Assembly (NCBI GenBank): GCA_013115145.1
Contig: JAAPAO010000359.1
Span: 1-36,803, forward strand
DNA length: 36,803 nucleotides
From: Perkinsus chesapeaki ATCC PRA-425
Lineage: Eukaryota; Protista; Perkinsozoa
Direction: 5' to 3'
Part shown: positions 1-11,600 of the stretch, piece after piece
Position numbering within the stretch: position 1 is the stretch's first letter
Layout: each line of letters starts with the position of its first letter
The notes under the pieces: model-generated
What the model saw: the letters and a program-made list of their open reading frames with translations, nothing else
Database searches by the model: none
Told to the model about the DNA's origin: nothing
Translations under genes and position numbers: made by a program

Positions 1-35
1 CTTCTCCCACACTCCTCGGAAAAGAAGCGGTTTTA

Positions 36-288
36 TTATATCGTAGTCTATTGTATTGCTTCTTATATCGTAGTCTATTGTATTGCTTCTTATATCGTAG
101 TCTACTGTATTGCTTCTTATATCGTAGTCTACTGTATTGCTTCTTATATCGTAGTCTATTGTATTGCTTCTTATATCGTAGTCTATTGTATTGCTTCTTA
201 TATCGTAGTCTATTGTATTGCTTCTTATATCGTAGTCTACTGTATTGCTTCTTATATCGTAGTCTATTGTATTACTTCTTATATCGTA
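36..288. repeat. 27-bp minisatellite, 9 full copies plus a 10-nt partial copy (unit TTATATCGTAGTCTAYTGTATTGCTTC)
   Basis: Head-to-tail units start at 36, 63, 90 ... 252, with a partial copy at 279-288. There are no spacers. Units differ only by one T/C site and one G>A change in copy 9. Confidence 0.97.
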
Positions 289-390
289 TCACAGCCAGCA
301 ACCTGACGACTCTACTTCCAACTCAAAGCATTCAAAACACGATAGGCAAAGCCAAATACTTCACGTGGCATTCAGGCACATGCTTCCAGC

Positions 391-1689
391 TTATGTATCA
401 TCAGTGAAGGCTACAGGGGGCGGAAGGCCCCACAGCTTGGCTTCTTCGTTTGCCTCTTCTTTCAGCGATTCCTCAGCGTGTTGGTCTCCAAAGGGATCCA
501 GAACGGCACCGGCCAGGAAGTCCTCTTCTCCCTTTGCGTAAGAAAGGACTGCCGTAGTTTCAAGTGAAGGCGGGCTGAGCTTGTCCAGTCCCGCGGAATC
601 ATCTTGCGGGCTCCTGACTGTGTTTATTGGATACGAAATCTGAACCATAAGAGAACGGTAAGATAAAGAATGACGCGATCTTACTGGCTTGGCTAACACT
701 GGCGGTGGCGGCGGTCGAGCCTCAAAGAATTCGAACGCCATGCCATCAATTCGTAAAACGTAGTCATCTACATCAGGCATGTGACACCTCAAGATGGTTG
801 GGATCTTACCTCCTTGAGGGACTATAGAAAGCAAGCGTCCTTCCAACACCATGTTAAACTCGAACGCCGATGACTGAAATAAGGAATATCCATCGAATGC
901 CTTCACCATTGAGCTCTACAATGGCCGCAAGAAATGCTGGAAGATGCGAAAAGACCAGAACTTGGAAAATACCCTCTTCTCACCAACATTACACTACTGA
1001 GTAATTAACTTCTTACCTTAGGGGTTTGTATCGAATATCTCACAACACCATCAAAAGATACCTTCTTCTTTCCCGATAGTCTGCTGTAGGTCATCTCTAG
1101 GATATGCAGCTTGTAGTCTCTCCGTCCTCCACTGGCTATTGCCCGGTCATCCACTATTTCAATCTTCCATGTGTACCTAAGGTCATCACAATGCAGATGC
1201 AATCGCTCGCAATTTCCGTTCTTTATTGCTGTGATGAGTTCGACCTAGAATGACCCCCTCTGCTATCATAGAAAGTAATCTGTGATTAGGCCCCGAAAGG
1301 GTGAAACATACGAAGGCTTCGAGCCTGAAACCCACTTCATTCGCCACGAAGATGCAAGGGCGAGTTCCACCAGTAAACTACGACACACTAAACGTACAAG
1401 TCCGAGACTCAATCCATGGGATATCACCAGGAACAGAGGAGAAATTGTTACTTCCCGAATAGGCAGTCTTATCCCTGTACCTGGTTTTAGTGGATTGTAG
1501 TGTCTTCCCGATACCTTGAGCCTCGGCGCTGAGTGCGACCAGATAGGTCCTATCAATATTGCCTATTTCAGAGACGACCTCACCGATAAGCATTAACAAA
1601 AATGAAACATAAATGTAGCTTCAAGTGGAATGTAGAAACTTCATAAGTTCAACAACAGCAGTGACCTTCTACATACCTCGGCCCTCCAT
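391..1689 (-). CDS. Multi-exon conserved hypothetical protein with a FAIM1-like beta-sandwich region and a Pro/Ser-rich tail (3' end uncertain)
   Basis: Hand splicing through GT-AG introns gives MEGRG|NIDRTYLVALSAEAQGIGKTLQSTKTR|YTWKIEIVDD...LHILEMTYSRLSGKKKVSFDGVVRYSIQTPK|SSAFEFNMVLEGRLLSIVPQG|DDYVLRIDGMAFEFF. The W...H.LE..S..SGKK.V..DG pattern resembles FAIM1-type domains from memory. Confidence 0.65.
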
Positions 1690-1951
1690 TCCGACCAACT
1701 CAATCCACTAGATGCCCAATTGAAACTAAGTCGCCTCCGCCATCCGAGTTCAACTACCACAAGTTCAGAAATTCGACACAAGGGTGAAAATAGTTCGCCA
1801 GACTGTGTGGGAATGAGGGATGAGTAGCCTTGCTTGGACAGGACCTGCGACGCCAACATCGATAACATTAAAGCATCAAAATACGACCACTTTTCCAGGA
1901 AGTTTTGCTCGGCAGTGCTTGACCCCAGGTACTTGGTACTACATCTATCAT

Positions 1952-3519
1952 TTAATTGAGCTCGCCCCGGGACCTGGCAGAGTTGAGGATCTGCTTGCGT
2001 GTCCTCGTCCTCTTGTACTGCTTCCTGGTGTTGATTGAGTCCTAAAGTACCCCATACCCACAACACCAACCTCAGCAACCAACCTGGACATTCTGCTGCA
2101 TGGCAGTCTCATCATGTGGGCGGAGGTCCAGTCGATAGCCGGGGAAAATCGGTGGAGCTGAGAGATAATAATCAGACATTCACAGTTGCGCCTTTGTCTT
2201 ACCATCAGATGAAGTGTCTACAACAGCATTTTGATCCAGTCGCTGTCGCATAATGCTCTCCATCGACTCCCTCAAAGTATTAACCTTCTGCTTGTCCATG
2301 TCTCGGAACCATACCTGATCATCGGTGAATCACCCCCTGGTAAGTTTCCTCTTTCATGATTCCCCTGGCCAGACGAGGATCTGTTGATGCAATGCAACAC
2401 CGTGTAGGACTAGGTGGTCGCCTGCGTATATTGTCGACCCTTTCGCGGAAGTTTCCCATCAATGTCCCCCGAAGGTATGGTTTTCATGGCTCAACTGGGA
2501 AAGGGAGATTTTCTAAAAGACCCGTCTTGGTCCGTTGGCCAGCACCCCTGCTCACCTCAGCCCTAAGATGGCCACTTGCATTGCTCCGAGATGAGCCACC
2601 TTTAACGTTACCCCGCTTAACTTTGTCCACAAGCCGCAAACCAGTGACGAAGTCCTTAGGCTCCAAAGTGTTACCGACAATTGCTAATACCTACATTTAA
2701 CAGTCTTTATTAGAATTCACCAAAAGACTACTAGATTGTTCCATATCTCATCCATGAGAGCTAAACCGGCATTCACTTGCATTGCCGCATTAGTGCCTTC
2801 AAAGTCCATCGGAGCTTTGGCCTTAAATCCAGCGGCCTGCATAGTGAACTGGAAGTGGCCGCCCTTAGCGTTGGCAGGGTCCTCCCATTCAGGCTTCACA
2901 CCATCCAAGAACAGCATCAACGCCCCGAGGGAATGCGTTGGATTCTTGGACATCTCTCCGCTACTCAACTGCTCATACCTGCCCCGCCCATATTCCACGC
3001 TACCCCACAGCCACATCGAGTCTACTACTACCTCACTATCTTCAAATTATCACCGATAACGGCGCTCGGTTGTGGAAGGAAGTTATAGTACTTCCAGAAA
3101 TCCTGGACAGTTGAGATGTCGGCCACGGGGTTGGTGAGCTCGCCGTAGTTGGATATTCCACGAGCGGCTGAAACGGCCACTTCGGTCAGATCCACTTGCT
3201 TCGCAGCATCTCCATCATCTTCCTGAGGCTTGGGCTCGGGGGTCGGAGGTTGCTGAAGAGACAAAACTTAACCTACCGCGTATCTTGCACGGTTCAAGCT
3301 AAGATTCTCTCCCATTAGTACCTCATGTAGAGTAAGTTGCTCCCATAATACCCATTTATTCTTCAATGGCAATGGCTCATCAATAGGTATTGAGCGGTCC
3401 ATCTTATCACATGCCTTAACCGCAGACTCCAGCTCATAATTTGATACCAGCCTTTTGTTTAATGATAGAGCTTTGATGGTAGCGGGTGCGGTGGTGGCTA
3501 CAACAGGCGATGATGACAT
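1952..3519 (-). CDS. eIF4E: Eukaryotic translation initiation factor 4E family member (about 6 exons)
   Basis: Motifs LPLKNKWVLWEQ, NYGEL...ISTVQDFWKYYNFLPQPS, LMLFLDGVKPEWEDPANAKGG, DEIWNNL|VLAIVG, VTGLRLVDK, HLRAE|VWF and LDLRPHD join in frame through GT-AG introns (e.g. 3031-2961). ATG at 3519, proposed stop at 1952-1954. Confidence 0.93.
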
Positions 3520-4045
3520 TATAAGCAAATAACTATTTTAGAAAGGTCCCACCGATCTTGCAGCAGTGCATTTCAAAGAGTTCTCAGAACGTGTTGGGCA
3601 CGGTCTTCACCACAGCTGAATTCTCTTTTAATCGGCATATAATCCATATTGTCAGTAATAGCTCTATGTAGTGTTTAGACGGTAACAGCGGTGATCCGAT
3701 TAACCTTGCTGAATGCTGATAATTGACCGTTGGTATAAGACCGAGAAAAGGACGATTTCATAAGAGTAATGGCAGATAAATCGAGATGTACACATGAAAA
3801 GAGACGCGAGACAAGCAATGAATCGTCACTGCGCCACGAAATTATGAACGCGTGTCATCGTCGTCCATTCGGTCACGAGCACCAATGTGAGCATGTTATT
3901 TTGTGGCGGTAAAAGTTGTCCTACTGTAGTATCGTATTTACATGCTTTCCTATATAGGTTTGCTATGGTCGTTCAGAAATGGTTGATTTTGTTGTATGGG
4001 GAATAAGTCTGCTTAAGTTGTCTATTTTCACTTTTTCTATCAAAA

Positions 4046-5398
4046 ATGCCTGGGCTAGGACAGCGTCGGAGAATACAGCTTCCGGATGTCCAGGCAGCAC
4101 CCCTACCCGAGGTGGACTCAGCCGGTCATGTACTATTGAGTGGCCCTCCAGCCCTCGCAGCATATACCGACAATTCTGATGGAAAAACCGGTAAATCGGT
4201 GGTAGCAAGCAGCAGTACTGCCCCGGTGGGTCCGCATACTTTCGACCTCACCTGTTCGAGCGTTTACGAGATTATAAAGGAACGAGAGGAGGAAGAGCTG
4301 CAGGTCCATCAGGAATACGATCTTATCGAGCAGATTGGCCAAGGGTCGTCCAGCACCGTATGGCGGGCCGTGAGCCGATCTGATCCGTCTGTTACTGTTG
4401 CTATTAAGGAATATATGAGAAGCGGAGAAGGAGAAATGGAATGCTTTGCTGAAAGGGAATTTCAAACCTTAAATGGACTGAATCATCGGAATATTGTCAG
4501 ACCGGTTAACTTGTACTTAGGCGAAAAAATCTATCTGGTCTTGGAGTATGTACCTGGCAAGACTCTTGAGGAGATAAAGGGGCCGTTTACTGAGGCAGCC
4601 TGCCGCAATGTGATGCGACAGCTCCTCAACGCTCTGTTCTATTTACATAGTAATAAGCATATCTGTCACCGTGACGTGAAGCCCTCCAATATAGTCGCGG
4701 TCGACCCTGGGCGGCTGGAGGTATCTTTGGTTGTACTTATTGACTTTAACATTGCGGCACAGTTCAGTTCGACTCCTATTGGTTTTTCCCAACTTTCTAG
4801 AAGGGGCTCTATTGCCGATACTAACTCGAGTAGTGGAATGATGACTCCGACTGGGACCAGCGGTTATATGGCCCCCGAGGTGCTACCCGAAGATGACCTA
4901 ACCGCCGATGTTGGCCAATCCCCACTCACTCGGTACCTCTCCAAGCATCATGGTTTTGCAGCTACATCATCGTATAATGAGAAGATTGACGTATGGTCGG
5001 CCGGGCAAGTTCTTAAATATCTTCTCCAGGACGGTGAAGGTGTCATTAGGAGTGATGCCCCTGCCGGAGCACTGGAGCTTATGGAGGCAATGACGGCCTC
5101 GGACCCTATTAGCCGCCCTACAGTGCAGCAGTGTCTTGTTCACTCTTGGCTGGTGGAGACCACTGAATACGAAGACGCGATGAACGCGGTGAGACGGTCT
5201 AGGAGAGAGCATAAAAGCAAGACTACCGCGGCCCAGCTATTGTTGAATAAAAGGGCGGAGCTCGAAGAGTCGAGGGCTGCTAGGGCGGCGTGCCGAATGC
5301 AGGTTATACGCCAGACATCACCATCATCAACCGCGAGATCGCCAGCGACTCCTGGTTGTACTGGCGATGCCTTCAAGGTGAAGTCTAATGAGATATAA
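4046..5398 (+). CDS. Intronless Ser/Thr protein kinase (CAMK-like), 450 aa
   Basis: Single ORF containing GQGSSSTV, VAIK, alphaC Glu (AEREF), HRDVKPSN, DFN in place of DFG, GTSGYMAPE, KIDVWSAG and SRPTVQQCLVHSW. Confidence 0.95.
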   Translation: MPGLGQRRRIQLPDVQAAPLPEVDSAGHVLLSGPPALAAYTDNSDGKTGKSVVASSSTAPVGPHTFDLTCSSVYEIIKEREEEELQVHQEYDLIEQIGQGSSSTVWRAVSRSDPSVTVAIKEYMRSGEGEMECFAEREFQTLNGLNHRNIVRPVNLYLGEKIYLVLEYVPGKTLEEIKGPFTEAACRNVMRQLLNALFYLHSNKHICHRDVKPSNIVAVDPGRLEVSLVVLIDFNIAAQFSSTPIGFSQLSRRGSIADTNSSSGMMTPTGTSGYMAPEVLPEDDLTADVGQSPLTRYLSKHHGFAATSSYNEKIDVWSAGQVLKYLLQDGEGVIRSDAPAGALELMEAMTASDPISRPTVQQCLVHSWLVETTEYEDAMNAVRRSRREHKSKTTAAQLLLNKRAELEESRAARAACRMQVIRQTSPSSTARSPATPGCTGDAFKVKSNEI

Positions 5399-5602
5399 GA
5401 GCTTCCTCCTTTTGTACAGATTAACCCTCTAAAAGTTTCGTAATCATATCTGCAGCAGCACTCGATAACATTATTGAGCTTTTCGTATTCTCAACCATCC
5501 GTTTTGAGTTCTAGTGCATCCCTTCTCATACCGCTCTTTCCTCAACTAGCAATCTCTTTTTGTAATTAATCTACTACAATTCTCGGTGCGGTAGTATCCA
5601 GT

Positions 5603-8600
5603 TTGGCTCTGTGGGAGCTCTGGAACTTCTTCTTTGCCTATGTGGTGGTCCTACCCGTCAAGGCCGCCCTCCTGGCCACCCTCTGTACCGTCATCACCGC
5701 ATTAGCCTTCCCCTCGGTCATATTCTTCGTCATTGAGATGCTTGTACGAGCTGCCCTGCGCCGCACTGTGGAGGATTTCGTCCTGAGAAGGCCGCCAGGT
5801 GGCGGCGCTCAGTTGGAGTTCACCACCAACGACGAGAGCATGAAGGTTTCGGCAAAGATCGGTCCCTTGGGAATAAGCGTTTGGCGCCGAGGTCTCGTTA
5901 TTCCTTCTATTGACGTCGACGTTGACATCTTGGAAGTGCACAAGAAAGAGCCCAAGGCCAGAAGGAAAGGCTCCGACCGGCAACAGCAGCAGCAGCAGCA
6001 GCCGTCCAAGACCAATGAGACATCAGAGGCTACAAAGAGAACGTCGAAGTGGAAGGAGCTCCTACTCAACAACTGCTTTGTTAATGTAGGCATCGTCAAC
6101 CTGAAGCTCATCTTGCCTGGTCAACATGTTGGGGTTCAAAGCCGAGTGTGTCATTGGGTCACCATTGAGCAATTCGATTTCGCCAAGGCCGGCCCCAAGT
6201 CCCAGATGAGGTGGAAGAATATCAAGATTAATGGCCGTTCCAGTATGAAGCCAGACCGTTGGGAGGTTCTCAATATGCCTAACTGGTCGATTAATATGAG
6301 CTTCACCAATGCTGCCCCCGAGGTCCACATCGCCGCCGAGGCCCTTCACGTCGAGATCCCCGTCCTCCTCTACAGGGAGTCATTGATGGCCATCGGCCCA
6401 ATGATCACCAAGCTGGACCCCGACGTTTCTGGTGACCTACCTGAATGGGACATCATCGACCCAAGCATGCCTGCCGTCGAGTGCACCTTCGGTATCGGCT
6501 CTCTGGTGATTAGCGTGTCCGACCTGGCGGTTGGTCGCGGTGAGCTCATCGGTGAACATGTCTCTGGTGCTCTTCAATCTGATGGCAGTTGGCCCGACTT
6601 CGAGATCAAGGTGCCTTCATTGAGGCTGGATGATATCGATCTTGAAGGTATCCGTAAAACTGTCGTTAGACTGGAGCCCCCGAAGGACAGCAGCCACGTT
6701 GCCGTCCACGGTAGAGGTATCTACATTGACATCGTCGTTGGTACATTCTGGGGCCTCATCGCCCCGGAAAGTTTCGTGGCCTGGTTTAAAGCCATCGATC
6801 ACATGGTCGACGTGTTGAAGTCGGTTAAGAAGCCTTGGAAGATCGTTCGCCGTAACGAGCTCGTTGCCCAGTACTATGCCTGGGAGCTCTGTCACCGAGC
6901 CCCTCAGAAGGAGGCAGTGCCCTACCGTTACGTGCCTGACCCTATTAGAGTTCGGCTCTTTGCGAACACTGTCATTATCGATATGGAGTCCGGCGAGAGC
7001 TTGGTCGCTGATAATGGCTTTCTCATGTTCGACGATCAACTCTGGAAGTTCGTGGTCAACGTGGAGAACCCCGTGCTGTATGGCATCGGTGGTGACAGGA
7101 AGTTGATCACAGCCAAGAGGATCGATCTCTGGATTCCCCTGTCTGTCTTCCCGCAGCTATCGCGGCCTCTTGGGCCCTATCCTGTGGTGCCGGACTTCAT
7201 CAAGGACGCCTCTGCCCAATGCCCGGTCAGAGGCACCCTTCCTATATCGGTGCTGTTCAGCGACGTCGTCACCAAATTCGACGACGCCCTGTTCTGTTGC
7301 ATCAACTACATCATCGAGGCGGCCGTCCACGACATCGATCGGTTCCCGGAAATCATCGAGACCGGCACCCGAGTGTTTCTTGACCCTCCTCAGTTCCGGT
7401 CGATGCTATTTGTCGGCAAGAATGTGGTGGCCGATCTGCCGATTCCTGGTAGCCCACCAGTTGAGATGGGTAGCTTGGAGCTGGCCATGGGCCCTACCAA
7501 GGACAGCATGCACATCGCCGTCTGTCGGACTTCCATCGCCGGTTGCTTCTCCATGCGAAATGACCTTCATATTAAGATGTCCTGCTATCGGCGAGACCCC
7601 AATGACCCTTTGGATGACATCAAGGTCAATAAGGATTGGTGCCGTCCCTTGCCCCGGTACGAGGGGGAGCCTCCGAGGACATTCCGGACCATGCGTCTGT
7701 GGGTGACTCAGCTGCCGGAGTGGGTTCGTCGGTCCAAGGACCGTAATAGAAAGCTGGCCCTGACTGCCGAGTGTAGCATTCGCGAGGCAGCGCTGCTGGC
7801 GGCCGGTGTGGTCGAGGCTGCTAATGCCTTTGACCGAGAGTTCACCAGTTCGCCTCCAGCAAAGGCCCCTATGAGGGACATGGCCGTCGATATCTGTGGC
7901 GCAATGAGGATCCTATTGGGCAACCCTTCCATTGGTAAAAAGAGACGTTATAGTTTCGACGACGCCAAGGTCGGCACCGAGCCCGTCGAGCCTCTGGAAA
8001 AGTCCGGTATTTGTATATCATCCGAGGCAATCCATTTCGCCTACCTGAAGGATACTAAGGAGATGGAGTGCACCCTAACTGCGGTTATTGTCCAGATGCT
8101 TCCGAAGGTCATCACCGCCTGCCTGCCAGAGGCCCACTTTGCCCTTCTGGATCAAGGAACTCGGGCCGTGGTTGTCCTCGGTACCGAGACCGTCAGTCCA
8201 GAGATTGCAGCCTTCGAGAACGCTCTGTCGGTGTCATGCCGGCTAGGTGAGCTACAGCGTCTTATCGAGGATCTGGCAGTGGAGTACGAGGACGCCATGG
8301 CCACTGGTCAGCACCCGCCTGCCCCTAAGCGTGCCACCCGCAGTGGGAGCGATGATACTCCACCAGTCCTGGAGCCGATTCATGAAGATACTCCTGATGG
8401 TCCAGGGCCAATACCTGAGCCTACTAGGATGGTCCTCTCCGTCGAGTTCCTCTCCGGTATGTGCTTCACCTGGGCTGTTCGCGGTCTCGAGCCACTCCAG
8501 CTCCTTACCGCCGACCCCATAGGAGCACGCTTGGTCCTCAACACCTACGGTGCCTCTGGTTCCCCTCCTTTGGTCTTGCCAGTCCTTGATCGTTCTCGTG

Positions 8601-11600
8601 ACCCAGTGCTTGCCCAGTGGCTCACTGAGCCATGGAGTCTGGACCAGAACAGTGGCAATGACCAAAGGCGGGGCTCGTCTTCATCATCCAGTAGCAGCAG
8701 TGCCTTCTCCGCTCAGCGCCGCGCGTCCCAGGATATGTGGGACATCGACTCCCCGTTGATTGACAGGATTGCGGCGTACATGAAGAAGTTGCAGTATCTC
8801 AATGATGTCAAGCCTGCTCTGGTCAAGAACGCTGCGATCTATTCGATGGGGGAGGGCCTCCTCGACAAGCCCGTATATGCCCAGTTCGATGCTGAGTTCA
8901 CCAATCCTACCGTCCGTTGGGGCACTGGCTCATCAATTTCCCATGTGAACTCGGTTAAGCTTCGTCTACTGGTGCATAACCTACCCAGCACACCCGATGC
9001 CATCAGAGACACTGTTGATCCTCCTATCTGCATCTCGTGGTCGGCAGAGTTCATCGACTCGGCCGCTGCCGGCAACAAGCAGCTTAGTCTCTGCGTTGTT
9101 CCCGAGTTCCACATTCCCATGGTTCTCCAGCTCATCGGGTCACCGGGCGACTTCTATCAGATCAACGGGCAGAATGTGAAGGTGTCCCTAAACCCTTCGG
9201 CCCATAAGAAGCGTTCGCTGTCCCACAATATGCAGAGGCGACTGAGGACCACAAGTGTGACTGGCATCAACCCCAGCAGTATCTTCGGTAACATCAAGGT
9301 CGCTTTTAATATACTACTGTCCCAGATCACTTGCAAGTGCGGCGCTTGGCGGTGCGGTGCATCCGAGATCAGCCTGGCCACGGACTCCTCCTGCGACACT
9401 GGCAGCATTGTTGGTTCTATCCGAAATGCGGTCATTGGCTTCGAGGTGGTCCGGCCTCATCGACTCACCCCCACGTTTGAGAGGCACTGTGCCTTCTGTA
9501 CCCCCTCGGACAACCCGTACCCTCTCCGCAATGTGGCACCATTCATAGAGATTGAGGACATCACACTCACACTGCACTCCAATCTCGTGCCCACTTTCGG
9601 AGCTGGTCGCTGTCGCGTGTCGGATGATCCCCACGAGGTCGCCTTGCTGTATCTTGGAGTCCACGGCACTCGGGTCTGCTGGTCGCCGGTTATTCAGAGG
9701 TGCTTGCGGATGACTCTCATGAACGTGGATCAGTTCTTCAAGATGATGAACCGATGGCGAGAGCGGTTTGTTGAAGGCCTGAAGTACCATGACAAAATGT
9801 GCCGGATGGAGGCGATGGCCCGCAGACCTGAGGAGGCATCCTCGGATGGTGACGACGGTGACGAGGAGCAGGAAGAAGAAGAGCCTCTCCATATGAGGAT
9901 TGAGAAGGCTTGGAGCGCTGTGATGCTCGTTGGCCGCAGCGCCTCGGCAGTGCTGAGGGTCAGCGATGTCCAGCTTAATTGCCACTATGCTGCTGCTGCG
10001 GACGGCAAGGCTGCCACCATAGAGCATGAAGATACTTCAACCCTTTCGACTACTCCTAGCACCCCTTGTGGCGAGGAATTCCAATGTGGTTGCAGTTTAC
10101 TAGCTGCGCACGCCGCCTATGACGAGGACTATCACAAGGGACAGGGCCGCTCTTGGTGGGTCCGGCAGCACGCCGATGACACCCCACTGCCTCCCCTACC
10201 ACCATTTAATTTGTCTGTCGCTGCCGCTAGTGTCCAGGAGATCCGACTAGGTGCCTACCCATGGAAGCAAATCGTGAAAGCCATCATCATCAACGACGAG
10301 CTTGGCTTTGATGAAGATATTGATTTTGATGAGGACGACGACGAGGATGAGGCGAAGGCCGAGAAGCTTCCTAATGGGGCCCAGCTGGTCCTCTGCATCG
10401 GTGAGGCCGTCGCCGAGGTCCGAGCCCATCGTACCAGCACCACCGGTGTGGACAACAGCAGCAATCTGCGTGTCACTCTGGCCCTAACTCTCGATGGTCT
10501 TCGTGGTCTCGCCGGCTCCACCAAGTCCCGTGGTCTCGGTTGGAGTGGGTCCTATGATGATGCTCTCAAGTCTGTTATGGAGTTGTCCGCCTTCACTCTT
10601 CGAGGCACAGCAGATATGCTCCCTGTTGGGGACTCCAGCGTCCAGGCCTGCGTTGAGCGCATCTTCCTTGGAGCTGATGACCTATCCTTCCACCAAGTCG
10701 TGTCTGTTATCACCGAGTGTCTTCTCTATCGGCCCGGGACACATGATGATGATAATGATGATGAAGATGATGGCAAGGAAGGCGGAGGAGACAACCCTTC
10801 CGGGCCTGCCCCGGATGAGTCTCCCGACGCCCCTGTTACCCTCACTGAGAGGATCTCGCCGGGCGAGTTGAAGCGGCTCCGGTCGGAGATATCTGATGTC
10901 GTGTCGGAGGACATGGGTGACGGCTCACCGGCCGGGTCCAAGTTTGTTATTGAGTACACTGTGGGCGAGCTGTCTATGAATCTGGCCCATGCCGACGCAG
11001 TTTTCCTGCGATTGAAGTTGGACGATGCCGCCGGCACACACGTCTTTGCCCACTCCGATCCCGGCCATCCAATGATGTTCTCCTTCGAGCTCAGAGATGT
11101 TACTATGACCGGCAGCGAGGGCATGCAGATCGTCAAGGGAGCCCATTCCAAGGGAACTAGCTTGCTCCAGTTCCGTGGCCAGGACCGCATTATTCAACAT
11201 AACGGTCAGCGCTGGCACATCTACGACTCGGTTACGGTCAACTTGGCACCGATTGTGGTCAACTTGACGCAGCAGATGTTCGAGGAGGTCTATGCATTCA
11301 TATTTCTGGATCCGACAGGCGAAGATATGTCGCTGTCGGACCGATTCAAGACCAAAGAAGACAGCAAGAACGACAAGCCCGCGGAGCTCATCTTTTTCAA
11401 GTACATTAGATTCGGTGACATCAACGCCCTTTTCTCCTACAAGAGTAAGAGGATGACTCTCAAGGACGTGTCTTTGAAGGTGCGCCATTATGTGCGTAAA
11501 AGAAGGCTGTGGACTTGGCGTGATTGTCTCGATGAATGGGGAAGCAGATTCTTCCATCAAGCTTTGAGCTCTGTGGTGCTCCATCCCTTCTCGAGGAAGC

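Noticed and set aside
51-407. 118-aa plus-strand ORF (YCFLYRSLL)n, and the array as a possible CRISPR
   Set aside because: The ORF is a by-product of a 27-nt unit with no stop in that frame. The units are contiguous with no unique spacers and there are no cas genes.
5370-5610. Possible splice fusion of the kinase to the BLTP2-like ORF
   Set aside because: The best donor (AAG|GTGAAG, phase 0) does not match the phase of the nearby acceptors at 5594 and 5601, and the kinase has its own stop.
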